A stretch of 63,025 nucleotides of DNA, filler included, from Choristocarpus tenellus KU-1152 (lineage: Eukaryota > Protista > Phaeophyceae), in the NCBI GenBank assembly GCA_964200185.2. It is 11 parts of 11 records of this genome, joined end to end, with 100 filler letters (N's around TTAATTAATTAA, not from the genome) between each part and the next. Parts side by side here need not be neighbours in the genome. Positions count along the whole stretch, not along the records: positions 14,199 to 31,466 come from CAXNAD020000695.1; positions 31,567 to 34,221 come from CAXNAD020025916.1; positions 34,322 to 40,609 come from CAXNAD020008473.1; 8 more parts are not named here. One strand, given 5' to 3'. Within the stretch, counting starts at the first letter, position 1; each line of letters opens with the position of its first letter. Position numbers and translations under genes: made by a program. Below are positions 24,727 to 38,700 of the stretch, one piece after another. The notes under the pieces are model-generated. The model did no database searches, was not told the DNA's origin, and saw only the letters and a list, made by a program, of their open reading frames with translations.

Positions 24727-27348
24727 AGCGGTAAGGTGTTATCCTTTCTCACGAAGGGATGCATGCTCTACTGTGTCTGCTCTGGTTTCTTGAGTGTGAT
24801 TACAATCTTTGGAGAGTCAAGCTCAGGTACCACCATCAGAACATATGCTATCCAGCATATTGGGGCAGGTTGATGTGGTGTTAAGTGTGTGATGACCAGC
24901 TCCTTTCAAAGGGGCAAAAAAAATTGTGACAAGAGTGTAAGTTTGGTTTGCATCGAAGCATTGCCGACAGGATGTAGAGTTGGGATTGGAGTTTGCCTTT
25001 CCCCTGGATTGGGCACCACAATTGTTGGAAAGGATCTGTGGAGAACAAGGCTGCAGAGATTTGTGAACAATGTGTTACTCCTTCGAAGGTGGTGAAGTGC
25101 CCCAGAGTACGAGTATTTTTATGGTGATGAGATGCATTGCTTTTCCTTGGGGAAGCTTATAGATATCTATGTAATAGCAGTGTTCATATGAAATGTGCAA
25201 GTGTTGTGTATACGGATTGCAAACTAATGCTGGGAGTAGTCGCACACTTCTCTGTTTGAAAGAGGTTGATAACATTAGGATGGACTTATTCTTTTGGTCC
25301 ATTCTAAAAATCTTGTGGGTATCGTAGAAAAATCGCCTCATTGCATGCAGGGTGTTGGAGGTTTACTGACTGATGATTTTCAGGGAGGCGAGAACACTTT
25401 GTTGTGCTTTTCTTGTTTTCAAGTCATGGTAATCCATCGTGATAGTGGCGCTCTTGTCATGATGAAGAATCATGATCATGTCAGTTTCTTGTTCTCTTCA
25501 GTGTATAATATTTGGTTTGTGTGTAGTATGTATTATAACTTAGATAATGTGGAAAATGTGCGAGCATAAGTCAGGAAGACTTCTATGCAAGCTGCAGGGA
25601 GTCGCTTAACAGTTACATGATCTTTTAGCTGAGATGAGAAGGGTGAATATGTGTATGATGTATGTGTTGCCCAATAGTAACACTTGGAAATTTAATTCAA
25701 CTCGAGAGAAGAAGTATTGCTTGATGCAACAACCTCACACTTCTTCTTCCCTCTTCCTCAGAGATATTCTATATATATAGTGCATCAATGCTAGTGTATA
25801 TTTGGTTGCATACCTATCTGATGATTAATGGCAAGAACCTCCCCCCAAAAGGTAAGGAACTAAGGTCTTTTGTGTCACTTACACTAGGGTTTCCGGCAAG
25901 CTGCTAATGTTGTAGATGCTGCCCAATGGTCTCTATACATATTTGATTACAACATTGCTGAGCAATCCCTACTTGAGACATGATTGATACAACACCAAAC
26001 TTAGTGGATCACTCTTTCCTAAATAGATGGATTTGAAAAAAAGCCAAAAGCAAGGCAATAATAGATGCAAGCACAACGAGGTAGACACCTTCACCACTTG
26101 GTTTTTTTTTATGTTTCAAATAGCAATAACGTGAACTGGAAGAGGTGTGGAGAGGGGAGGAAGATTAAAAGAGAAATTGTCCACCTCACCTCAGTAAGCA
26201 TGGGGTTAATTCACATCTCATTTGCCCTATGTCCCAGTTTGGATCAGTGAAGGCTGTTGCAACATCCTTACACAAGTCCTACCTTTGTCCTGAGTTCTGT
26301 TTGATGAGGTGCTGTTTTAAGTTGTGCTCGTTGAGATGAGAAATTCCCAAATTCCCCTGTAGCACAGGTTTTGCATTGAGTTGCGTGTTGATCCTTGTAT
26401 GGGATTTTCAACACAACATGCTGCTACCAAGTATCATTGATCCAGTCAAGAAGAAAGACAAGAGGAACATTCATCTCAAAGTGAAGGAAAGTAATCTTGC
26501 AGGACAACCTTCAAATAGGTCAGGTGCGCCTCTACTTTGGTTGTACCCTCCTCGACCAGAGCAAGGGCTCAGTGAACATCCGAACCCTCCCCAAAAAAAC
26601 TTAACAGATTACATGGTACTATCCAAAGATGGGAAATGATACATAACAGGGTCTATGTCAACAGAGGTAGGTACAGCTTACCTCTTCCTGCCTAGACAAG
26701 GCAAGAGAGCTATCATTTATCATTACAACAATAATTGGACCTCCCCTGTCATTCTTGCGTTGAATAGTTCCCCACATTAGTACACTGACTCCATCTCATC
26801 TTTATTGTCATCGGAGCAGTGAGATCCTCACAAACTATTCTATCTTCATTGACATGCATGAATAAGCACCACCCCTTCATATTAAGAAGTGGAGATGCAG
26901 CAGACCCTCAGCAAAGGCACACACTACAATAATCAACTCCAGGAAAACATAAATAACATACTTCAAACAGACATAACCCAGAAACTTGCTAACTATACAA
27001 AGATTTGTTGTGCATAGATTTTTCACATTTACCACTGCTGGTTTTGGTATGGAGTTCTGGATGCATCACATGCTACCTCACCTCCCACCCATGCAGTGAG
27101 AGTACACAATGATACTGCACAGCATGATCCATGATGGGTACCACACTCATCAGTCACAATAACAAACAATAAACGGAGCTGCTCAACCAGGTGTGCTGTG
27201 TTGCTCTATTTCTTGTGCACCTTAGACCACATTGACCGAGCATGCACACTAAACATTCCTTCTCAGGGGCACAGACCATCTACAAATTAGAGAGTGAGGT
27301 GCGGGGCAGAGGCTGTTGGCTGGGCTTGCAACACTCTCCCCACCCGTA

Positions 27349-30300
27349 CTATTGCTTCATTTTTTTATTCTGATGGCTACTCCTGCCCTGTGTTTCCTGA
27401 TCCCCTTCTCTTAATGGTATAAACTCATCAGGGTGATACCCTTCACAGTGAGAAGAGGCAACATTTCTTGTGGCCTGCCCAGCCTTCTCACCCTCACCCT
27501 CACCACTGCCACTGCCACCAGAGAGGGCATGTCTCTGGATAGCAGTGTCGATCTCCGCCAATGCAGATTCATCCACCTGAGATGCACAGACAAGAGGGTA
27601 GCAGATGGCATGGGTGAGGGGAATGTTAGCTGGGGGTTTCAACACCTGTCCTTGACATTAGAGTACTGATCCAAGTCTCCCTTCTAGAGATAAAAGCAAG
27701 TCAAAATCTCCTATGTACTTCATTCAACGTCTGAGAATGTTGTACATGAGCACAGGGACGACAAATGAACTCTTGCTAAAAACTTCAGCACATCCTGCAG
27801 CAGTAGTTAAAACCCATTTGCGTTGATTAACCTTCTGCCAAAGTATCACTCCCAGTGACAAGTCAGAAGTGACTATTACTATGGCAAAAAACACCTTCCT
27901 TTCAGCCTGGTCTACATGTTAGGGTTCAGGGGTCAGAGATGGCGATCATGATTTCCACAAAATGGCACTCCTGTGATGCTCACAATAAGATTCAGAGTAC
28001 ATAGGCAGTCCATCTTTATACTTCAAATCAATACAATTGTTTCTCTTCCCCTGCCTGTCCCATCCTCTTCCTGCTCTTCCATCATCTGATCACGTACCTG
28101 AGAAAACCCTCCATACCCTCCATACTCATCATGTCGTGGGTCTCCATTCCCAGCTATTGACATTCCTCCTGCCGTACTCCTGCGTAGAACAGCCAGTGCA
28201 GCTCCCCCCTGCACAATGCTAGGATCAGCTACCATCTTACTTCCCCCATCATTCCGATTCTGCTCTACAGATATATGCACAGGAGGACAAACTTGGTGAC
28301 CACCATGCCCAGGCCCTGGGGACTGACGTTGGGAAGGTTCAACTTTGCGGGTAGCAAGGTCAGCAGAGTCATTAGGGCTATGAGCAGGTTCAGGTATGAC
28401 CCAGGATCCATTGGGAGGCCCCCCCACCGTGGTACGCAGACCACGAACTACAAGCCGTAGTGGGACATGTGTTTTGGGACGTTGCAGAGTTGAAGTTGAA
28501 CTGGAGTCATGAAAGGCAGCTACCCCCACTGATACCTGTGGTGAGAGACGGCGTGATTGGACTCGATCTTCTTGTTGTGCTTGCGGTCCCTTCTGTAACC
28601 CTTGCCCCTGCCCCTGCCCCTTTCCCTGTCCCTGCCCCTGCCCATTACCAGGCACTGAATTTTGCTGCTGGACTTTCCCTTGTTCTGTCCCAGACCTTGC
28701 TGACCATGGTTGTAGAGGAAGTTTCTGCGGTAGCAATGCTTGCTGCTGCTTCTGCCGATCTTGCTCCTCCTGCTGCTGGTCTTGCTCCTGACCCTGCCCC
28801 AATCTCTGTCCTTGCCCTTGCTGGTGGTCTTGCATCTGCTTTTCACCATGGCCCCATCCTTGACCGACACTATGCTGCTGACCACGAACCAGAACATGCA
28901 AATGCCCACATGAGTGGCCATGAACTGGCCCATTCATGGGTCCTGTTTCTTCTGACATGTGATGTGGCATTGCCATGCTCACCACAGGCTGCACAATGCT
29001 GCTGACCTCGCCTCCTGCGCCTGTTGCATCAGCACCTCCCCCTCCTCTCTTAGATGCTATACATTGAGCAGTTTGTTCCCTCTGCTCCCGCTTGTGTAAA
29101 TTTTCCATGTCAATGATGCCCTTAGTTCCAAGCAGTGAAAGTGGGAGCACAGGTCAAACAGTTGTATGTGGTTTGCGCATGATTGAGGAAAAGCCAACGC
29201 AAAAACACACTCAAGAATAAAGGCAAGGGCCAATTATGTGTCAGCACTAACAGGAGCATTGAGATAAGAGAGGTAATATCATAGAGTCTCTGGCATATGA
29301 AAGAAGTATGACCTTCTACATCTTAGGTGGTATTAGCTGGAAGAGTTGGAACACTAATGTATTCTTGCTCCAAGTCAATGTATTCAACACCACAGCAATC
29401 AATTGAAACAGGAAATGGGGTAGACGAGCACAGCAAACTACTCAAGTGTGCACTAGAATATTGATGTTGCTGGCTAGTTGTGCTCACTTGTTTGTCTGTC
29501 ATTTGGCTGCCCAGATGTGGTCCAAAAAGACGTAATGCCCTTTTTGTTGCATCAGTAACTGCAGCCTGTGGGGGTGCAGCTGTAATATTGGGTTTCTTTC
29601 CTCACCAGTGCAAGGAAGGAGTACACTGGACAGAGCACTCAGGTCAAGCAAGTAACTCATACACATTGCCATAGTTGCACGCTTCAACAAGGGTCATCTC
29701 TGGATAACAATGACTGACCTCTTCATGACCATTGTGCTAGATGAGCTACATCAAGTAACAGGGATGTACAAACACATGCAGAATACACAGACACACCTTC
29801 TTGGCCCTCTCCAGAGCTTCCCCTTTGTCTTTATCCTTCAGGTGGGCGTGCCCAACATCTTCATGCCCAGCTCCGTCCTTCACTGCAACCTTAACAATGC
29901 AAGTCACTGCTGCTACAAAGAATTTTCCATCAGGCGTCTTCTCCAGCTGAAGAGAAGGTATGGAGGGGAGTGGGAAGGAGGATTAACATGGTGAGCAATT
30001 TGCTGATAAACACATACGGGATATAATATTATATTCTTGATGCAATGTACAACAGTGGTGCGACTGCGTCCTATGACACCTGTTGAGAGCCCTCCTCCCA
30101 GCAACCTTTGTTGAGAGGGTTAGCACGGACGATACAGAAATCTACAAGGGCTAAACAATGGTACTTACATAGTCAGTGCTTAAGTGTAGAATAGAACTTT
30201 CCCATCCATTGAAGCCGAAGATCTTATTGGCATTCTCGATCACCGTGCCTGCTGCAAGGTAGTGCACCTGGAATACACGTGTCGGGGTATAAACAAAATA

Positions 30301-30783
30301 ACTCTTTCCTCAAAGAACACATTCATGTTGCCAAGGCAAAGCAGAACTACGGAATTGAGTATCAGGAACCATTCACTGCCGATCACAAACAGGTTGCTGG
30401 TTAACTTCTCTCAGCGCTGACAACAAAAACCCCTTAGTTGCACAACAACCCCCACACACCTTTTTCCCACCGCCACCTGGTCGTGTGGCAATCTGATCCC
30501 ACGAAAGGGATTTATTCAAGGCCTGTACCATAAATTAGCAGGAGGTCAGGGTGTGGCGACATGAGTTGGACATTGCGTACTAGAGGAAATTCATGCACCA
30601 GATTTCCCACCGTCCCAGGCATGCAGTCCGTGGGAATGCTGGGGATATGCCCCAACAGTTCGAAATCAAATACACTCCTGCCACATGCTTTCTCACCGCC
30701 TGTATCCGTTCTTTTTCACTGTCGGTGAAAATCTGACTACCAAATATTGCGTTTCGCGTGGCTCCATTGCTATCATAGGCCAT
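27349..30783 (-). CDS. RAD52: DNA repair/recombination protein RAD52 (~575 aa, 7 exons)
   Basis: Exons 30783-30697, 30522-30460, 30267-30169, 29946-29797, 29565-29488, 29120-28098 and 27576-27349, all phase 0. Sequence FGSQIFT..IATRPGGGGKKVHYL..ANKIFGFNGWESSI..VKDGAGHEDVG..ALERAKKAAVTDATKRALRLFG is the canonical Rad52/Rad22 domain, followed by a long Q/G-rich tail. Confidence 0.95.
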
Positions 30784-31566
30784 AGTTCACAAGGTGATCC
30801 AGAGGGAAAAAATATCCCTCTGGGTTCCTGTTTCAGGTGGAATGAGATGGACGAAGGCAACTAACCTTCCCCCATAAAACTCATCACACACTTCTCAACT
30901 CCTCTCGTTACAAACCAGGTTGAGTAACAAGTTATTACCTCTCCTCAACAAAGAAACACATCAACTGAATGGAAATTGTTTGAATGATGAACTTATGTCT
31001 ATATTTGTTTTTGAATTTCCACTACAACGATATGCTACGATACCGTATTGTTTGTAGTAAAACATCTGTATTTTTGGACATGTGTGATAGAAAAAGTCAG
31101 ATGAGGACTATGGTAAAGGGAAAGCTAATGAAGTAATCTGAGTTTGTGGGTGGAAGAATTCTGGTTGGTTGAGGGCACAAGGCAAGGAAGGGGACAGGAA
31201 AGAAAAAAATTATCAAGGAGGGAACGAAGAGTTAAATATTAGAGTGGTTAACAAAATAGGTGGCAGACAAGGGGAGAAGAAATGGACAGTATTGAATCGA
31301 AGAGGAAACCTGAGGCTGGGGTGACAAGACGAGGAGGGCTAGATCAAGAGAACCCCCGAGCAAGCTTTCCTGCCCACCCGCCCTGTCGCTTGCTCACGAC
31401 CGACTTGGATCTTAGGGTGGGAGGGGAGGTCAAGTTTGGGCGGGGTAGATGTCTTCTAGCTCAAAGNNNNNNNNNNNNNNNNNNNNNNNNNNNNNNNNNN
31501 NNNNNNNNNNTTAATTAATTAANNNNNNNNNNNNNNNNNNNNNNNNNNNNNNNNNNNNNNNNNNNN

Positions 31567-31647
31567 TAAGTGCACTTTTCCTGGTCATGGCCCAAATGGA
31601 CACCCTGATGTAGACCCCCCACCACACACCCCAATATACTTTGGGTC
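31567..31647 (+). mobile_element. MITE family B, right half (contig start)
   Basis: TAAGTGCACTTTTCCTGG..CCCAAATGGACACCCTG..ATACTTTGGGTC matches 16543-16620. Confidence 0.8.
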
Positions 31648-32608
31648 TCAGGACGGATCCTGGGAAATATTTGTGGAAGGAGACGGAGAGACGAGGGTCA
31701 GGAGTGCTGAACCAAACGCGTGAGAAGCAAGGCAGGGGCGGAAGCAGCACAATTAGTCGTAGTATAACCTTCAGTTGGTATCAGAAGGAGTGTAGTGTGT
31801 ATTCCTCTCATCACGGGTTGGGATAGTCCCCAAACTAATTTGTCAATGATTGTAAAAATAATACCAGGACAGACTCTCTCACATTACTATCACATAAACC
31901 CAAGAAATTCCCCTCCATCTATAAACATCACCTGCCCCGTTCTCTTCCTTGCATGTAACGCTCGCCCGCGCGCTCGGTCGTACTTCTTCTAACAAATTAA
32001 GCACCCACATCAACAAGGGCAGTTTGGGTCCCTCTCACGCACAAAACATAAAACCAAGTAATTCTTGTCCGTATAAACCTGCTTTCCCAACAGAAATGTT
32101 TTTTCTATTTATGAGTTGTATGGATTTTGGTCCTATTATGCCTCTTTGCAACCTACGCCTTACGGTGGTACTTTACCTCCATTACCTGTACCAACTCTTG
32201 TCCTTGTGCGTAGGCTTGTCTGCGCGCTCGGCACGCTTTTTCCAAAATCAAGATCCTGGAAAATGTAGAAAACCTTAACGATATCAACAGTATACAGGTA
32301 CCTTCCCATCTTTCACGAACGTACCACGTAGGATCAAGTATTTCATGTCCATCCATGCGTGTGTCTGTCTGCACATGCTAGTACCAGCTCTATAAAGCCG
32401 TTTCTTCTTTGCTAGTTATTGTTGCAAGCTTGTATCCTATTATAGTATGGTTAATGTGTAGGTCAGATCACCTCGATATCAACATAAGCTCCCTCACTCA
32501 CAAAGACGCAAGGAGTTGAACCCCGCTCCCTCCCTCCTCCCCTTTGCGAGTGCAACCCCTCAGAGGTCCAACTCCTCCCAGAGCAGACCATTATAATACT
32601 AAATAAAA

Positions 32609-32865
32609 GAGCCAGAGTATCTTAGAGGGTAGAGCCGCGTCCATTTGGGGGCCTAAATCCAATGTTGTGATTTTGATGTAATTTTGGCTATCGTGTTTGC
32701 TAGGAAGTGTCAATATCGATATTCTGGACACACCATTTCATAACGCATATATTTTACCCGCTCCGAAATATTTTGGAGAAGGAAAATGTCATAAAAAAAC
32801 ATGGGAAGCCAAGCCCCAAATGGACAAACAGGGCAAAACTCGCACCCTCTAAGATACTTTCACTC
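32609..32865 (+). mobile_element. MITE family A, full copy
   Basis: Perfect 15-bp inverted core AGTATCTTAGAGGGT / ACCCTCTAAGATACT within GAG...CTC termini; AAA(A) on both flanks. Confidence 0.9.
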
Positions 32866-33996
32866 AAAATTGTGAAGACAGAAAGTATACCTACCCATTA
32901 CAATAGACAAGAGTATAGGTTGCCTCGTGACGCCACCAAGATCAATAATAGACACGTCCAAAAAGATCTTAAGACCCACCGCCTTTGCAGAGTGGAGTGA
33001 AGCACTTTTTAATCTGTTGAGATATTTCTTATGAATGCATTTCAGATAGGCAGGCATGAAGACCCCCAAATGAAATCAATCTGGGTATAACTATTGCTGG
33101 GTATGTTTTTTTTTTCGTGTCCTCAATCACACGACAGCAAGCTGCGCAATTGATTGACCTTTCCACCATAATAGTCAAGTGGATTGTTGAAGGGTCCTTC
33201 TTGCCTTTGCTTGCACTCGATGCCATATGCAGAGCAGGCGAGTATCCCTTGGGGATGTCTGACTTGGTTTGCACTTTGTACCCCAGGTGAACATTTTTTT
33301 TGCAGTCTGGCGCTGTTTGCAACTCTATCTGCACTCAATATTCCCAGTGCAATGAGGTTCCCCACACGTAGGCAATTGTACCAAGGACATTACTTTTACA
33401 GTCCTACATACTGCAACTTCAAGTAGATAGATAAGGTGAGGTTGTCGTTCAAGTTCTAAGTACGCACGTGAGGGTGGACATCCCTTCATTGGACTTTCCA
33501 ACGTTCGAAAAAGTTGGTGACTTGAGTTGCGGGAGAAGAGCCACTGAGGTGGGAATGTGTGACCTGCTCTCCATTTGGATGTCCCTTGCAACAGTCGAAG
33601 CACTTCAAGTTGCAACTCATCTCTTTTACAGTTTGTCAACTGAATTGAACCCATATCAAGAAATTCATATTCTCTGACGAACCTTTTGCTACAATGCTAT
33701 GGAGGAATAATCCTGTCAAGAACCTCTGGTATCACTTGTAATAACCAGTAAAGGCTATTGCTGACTTTTTGTGGTCAGGATGGGGTCTGCAGGGCAAGAT
33801 GATGTGAATGGGTAACAGGGGGGGACTGCGTCAGGGTAGAGAGAGGAGAGGAAGCTCTGCCAGGTAGTGCCTGTTGTGCTCCAGCAGCCCCAGGAGGAAA
33901 GAAACAGTGAGAGTTTTATGCCTGGGCAAACTGATGGAGTCTGTGAGTCAAAGTATACGAGACTTACCCAGAGTTGAATTTTAAGGATGGAGATAA

Positions 33997-34221
33997 GAGT
34001 GAAAGTATCTTAGAGGGTACGAGATTTGCCCTCTCTGTCCATTTGGGGCTTGGCTTCTCATGTTGTTTTTTTTATGACATTTTCCTACTCCGAATTTTTT
34101 CCGAGTAGGTAAAATTTATACGTTGTGAAAGGTGTGTCCGAAACAAGGATATTGACACTTGCTAACAAACAGGATAGCTAAAATTACATCAAATTGCAAC
34201 ATTGGATTTTGACCCCCAAAT
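33997..34221 (-). mobile_element. MITE family A, truncated by contig end
   Basis: Starts GAGTGAAAGTATCTTAGAGGGT; reverse-complement homolog of 32609-32865. Confidence 0.88.
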
Positions 34222-35136
34222 NNNNNNNNNNNNNNNNNNNNNNNNNNNNNNNNNNNNNNNNNNNNTTAATTAATTAANNNNNNNNNNNNNNNNNNNNNNN
34301 NNNNNNNNNNNNNNNNNNNNNGTGTATTTTATTCATTACCATATTATTGTTCATTTTTTTGTGTGTCTGTGGGGGGGGGGAGGGGGGAGGGGTAGGTGAA
34401 GAGATCTTTATAGAAGTATGCAGGTGTTGTGAAGTGGACTGTTGTGTGTATTACCTGTTCACAGCATTTCACGAAACTGGACTGGTTTTTATTTTTTTGA
34501 AGATGTAATTTTTTATTTTTTGTTGATTATTAACTATTTTTTGCTGTCCTGTCTTTTTTAAAATTGCAGTTCTGTTGTTGTCCCCTGTGCCAGTATGACT
34601 GTATGACTGTAGTGCTGCATTTGTCTCATGTGCAACTCAGCAGCTTTGGCTGGAGCCATAGCGTCGGTTGATATCTTCTGTATATATTTTATTTTATTTT
34701 ATTTAAACCTTGTGTGTAACCCTCCTTACTTCAATGTCATTGCCTTCTTAGTGTGAATGTGACAGTTCCCGAGCTTGCCCAAACACGCCATGCAAGGTTG
34801 ATATCTTGTAGAGTACATAGCTGCGTGCGCTTAGGATGAATGGATCTCTTGCAAATGCCTTCCCAAGGTGTTGGTAACCCTCTTGTTTGGGCTGTTTGAA
34901 GCACCCCGATGATCAGCAATATGTACGGTGTGGATGATGCAAGACTCTCTTGTCCTTTGGCAGTGTGTCAGCGCAGAGTACGAACAAACCTTGACTTGAT
35001 GCAATCTCTCAAAGAGTATCTATTTTTTAAATGTCCCCACCTCTATGAGGGTTATTTATAGAAGTATCAAGTGTTGGGAATTTTCCTTCATCTCATGGAA
35101 AAAAAAAAATTTAGCCAAAAATCAACAGCCTGCCGG

Positions 35137-35319
35137 AGTTTATTCTGAGAAGTTTATTCGGAGAAGTTTATTCGGAGAAGGGTATTCTGAGAAGGGTATT
35201 CTGAGAAGGGTATTCTGAGAAGGGTATTCTGAGAAGTTTATTCTGAGAAGGGTATTCTGAGAAGTTTATTCTGAGAAGTTTATTCTGAGAAGTTCATTCT
35301 GAGAAGTTTATTCTGAGAA
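35137..35319. repeat. 14-bp minisatellite, ~13 copies
   Basis: Unit AG(TT/GG)TATTC(T/G)GAGA. Confidence 0.95.
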
Positions 35320-35745
35320 CGAATCTGATATTCTTTTCGAGTGGATATGAAGGGAATCAGCGTATTGGTAGGACGTCGTAATGGGTACCACCAATTTTAT
35401 TTTATATACTGATACGACGGTATGTGTTGAACACCTCATACCGTGATCAGCTTATTCATTTATTTTTTGTAGTAGTAGTAGTAGTAGTCGTCGTACCGTT
35501 CTTTTGAATCGATACATTCCACGTTTTTACCTACCTGGATCCAAGAACCATTCATTCGTAGGTCTCGGTGCTTTTCACAAGGAAAATTCTGACTCCAGAG
35601 CCCACCCTGGGGCTGGAGTGTTTTGAGTCGTGACCCCCCGATCCGTTTGTCCTTGGACGCCTTCCTAATTTTTTCTGCTTCTGTTGTTGTTGCTGTTGTT
35701 GTTTTATTTTATTTTATTTTATTTTATGTGTGTGTGTGGTGAAAG

Positions 35746-38700
35746 GTCACTGGCCAACCCAGTGTCCTCTACTATGCGGACACCATATTCTCAGATGTTG
35801 GACTCACTGGATTGGCGTCAGTGCTTACAGGTGCCTTCAAGCTCGCTGCCACACTTACAGCTGTGTTCACTGTGGACAAGCATGGGAGGTGAGGATTGCT
35901 GCGTGCTCTTTTTTCTTTTCAAATGGGCGTGTGTGGGCTTCCAATCTATTCAAAATTCAACTTTTTGTGATAGAAAAAATATTCACTTTTGTGTTATGGT
36001 TGGTGGTTGGTGGGGGGATTGTTTTGTTTTGTTTTTTGTCTGGGGTTAGGGTTAGGGTTAGGGTTGTTATGGCGTGGTGTGTGTTTTTAAATGGATGATT
36101 CATTAGTATCGCTCTGTCCGTAATAAATATAATATATACATATAATTCATACATATGTGTGTATGATAGAACGAGTGATGAAGTGTGTTGGCAACTGTCG
36201 GTTCTTGTCTGCTTAATTTTTTTCTTTTTAGTGAGGGTTAGGGCTGAGATTCGGAGGGTTTCCATAGGGTGTAGTTGGCGTGTTCTGTTTTGGTGGTGGT
36301 GGGTGCGTTTTGGTCTGATTTCATAATGCTTGGAAGGTGAAGGTGAGTTTTGTGTTAGACTTACAATACAATTTCATAATGCTTGGAAGGCGAAGGTGAG
36401 TTTTGTGTTAGACTTACAATACAGTTTCATAATGCTTGGAAGGCGAAGGTGATTTTTGTGTTAGACTTACAATACAGTTTCATAATGCTTGGAAGGCGAA
36501 GGTGATTTTTGTGTTAGACTTACAATACAATAGATCGCTGTATGGTGGGTAGAGGACTTGCAATTGATTCCAATTTTTCTTGAGCTCATTGAAGGGCGCT
36601 TGTTTTTGTTGATTATGTTATTATTTTTGTTGATGTTATTGTTATTGTTGTTATTATTATTATTGTTGATATTATTACTATTATTTATGTTGATATTATT
36701 ATTGTTATTATTATTATTGTTGATGTTGTTGATAGCCTGCCAGCGCAGAACGTGTTATCATTGTAAACAATCATAAACAGCCACAGTCACAGTTTCCCCC
36801 TATGTATTGAAAAGGTACAACGACCCTATCCATTCCCCTTGTCCTCCCTGTCCTCCCTGTCCTCCCTGTCACCTGCATCTCTTCCATCTTTCTCACCTAT
36901 GTACCTCCCCCCCCCATCTCTGTCTCTCTCTCTCTGAATTTTCCTGGCTCTCAGGAAGAAACTTCTTATGATTGGGTGCCTAATGATGCTGGTGGCATTA
37001 GTGATGCTGACTGTGTCATTCATGTTTGACTACGTGTCAGCCGATGATTGCAACGAAAACTACAGCGAGAGCTCGTGTGATTCCTATTCCAGCAAGTGCT
37101 CTTGGTAGGGGCAAGTCCGATCAATGTTCTTGACAACTGCCTTAGCCCTTTTGTGACTAAATTGTGACTAAATTTGACTATAGCCTTAGCCCTTTTGTGA
37201 CTAAATTGTGACTAAATTTGACTATAGCCTTAGGCCCTTTTGTGACTAAATTGTGACTAAATTTGACTATAGCCTTAGCCCTTTTGTGACTAAATTTGTC
37301 AATTGCCTTAGCCTTAGCTCTTTTGTGACTAAATTGTGACTAAATTTGACTATAGCCTTAGGCCCTTTTGTGACTAAATTGTGACTAAATGTGACTATAG
37401 ATAGAGCAAGTGGCTTTGACAGCCTTGTCCCTTTCACATCGCCCCTGACTTCCTTTAGGGTTAGGATTTGTGACCCTTTTTCTTTATGTGTATTGTTATT
37501 GTAGTTGAAATTGTGGACAAAAAAAACACAAGAAAAAATTATCTCACGAACTGAAAAGAGGTAATGTTTTGGGTGTATACCCTAATTTGTCTAGTACCCA
37601 AATTGTTCAATACCGTAATTTATCATGTACCCTAATTTGTCCAACGTCCTAAATTGTCTAGTACCCTAGTTTGTCCCATCTTTTTTTGTCCAATGCTTCA
37701 ACTCCTGAGTGTCTCTTTAAGGTTAGGGAGTGGAAGAAATCCTAACTCTGCACCTACTGATAGTGGTGTGCCATCATACCCTTCTAACCCTAACTCTAAC
37801 CCTTAGATCAATGACATAATAATAATAATAATAATAATAACTTGCAATATGTAGGCATCATGCCCCTTATAAATATCCCCCCCATTATTTTTATATCATT
37901 TGGAAGACTGTTGACCCTAACCCTAACCCTGGGTATAGGGTACATCACACACAACCAATATTATTTCTTTTTTCACTTTTTTTCCTATTGGATGGTCCCT
38001 AACCCTAACCCTAATCCTGTTGAAGGTGTATGTGAGTACAACTTAGATGAGTAACATAAAAACTGATAGTGATTATTGTTGTGTTCAACTGCAATTGGTG
38101 GAGTACTTTGAAAAAAATCTCCTACCTATGATACAGACAGATGCTACCAATCACACCCAATACAGTTCATCGTGATACATAAGTACATACAGACATACAT
38201 ACATACAGACACACAGACATACATACATACAGACAGACATACACACAGACACACATACATACATACATACAGACACACATACATACATACATACAGACGC
38301 CAACACCCCCCCTCCCCCCCAGATACTTTGACCCTGATATACATACATTATTTCTTTTTATTTTTAGCAATGAAAAAAATAAATAAATATATATATATAT
38401 ATATATGTATTACAGCTCCTCCATAGAAGCCTGTTTTTCCTTTTCTTTTTATGGTGTAAAAAGTTTTGGTAGTGTAATTGTTTGTTTGCATGATCTGTTA
38501 TTCCCAATAGTATCTCGATTGATAGGATTGATAGGAAATGCCTATGGCCCCCTTACACAATGGGTTTCTCTCTCCACCAGTCTCTGTTGGTCCCTGTAGT
38601 TGATATTTACACTTGATGTTTACACTTGATATTTGCAATTGATGTTTACACTTGATATTTACATTTGATATTTACACTTGATATTTACATTTGATATTTA

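Noticed and set aside
28460-29005. 181-aa plus-strand ORF (also 23143-23899 minus-strand ORFs)
   Set aside because: These are antisense shadows of the RAD52 and GPCR exons.
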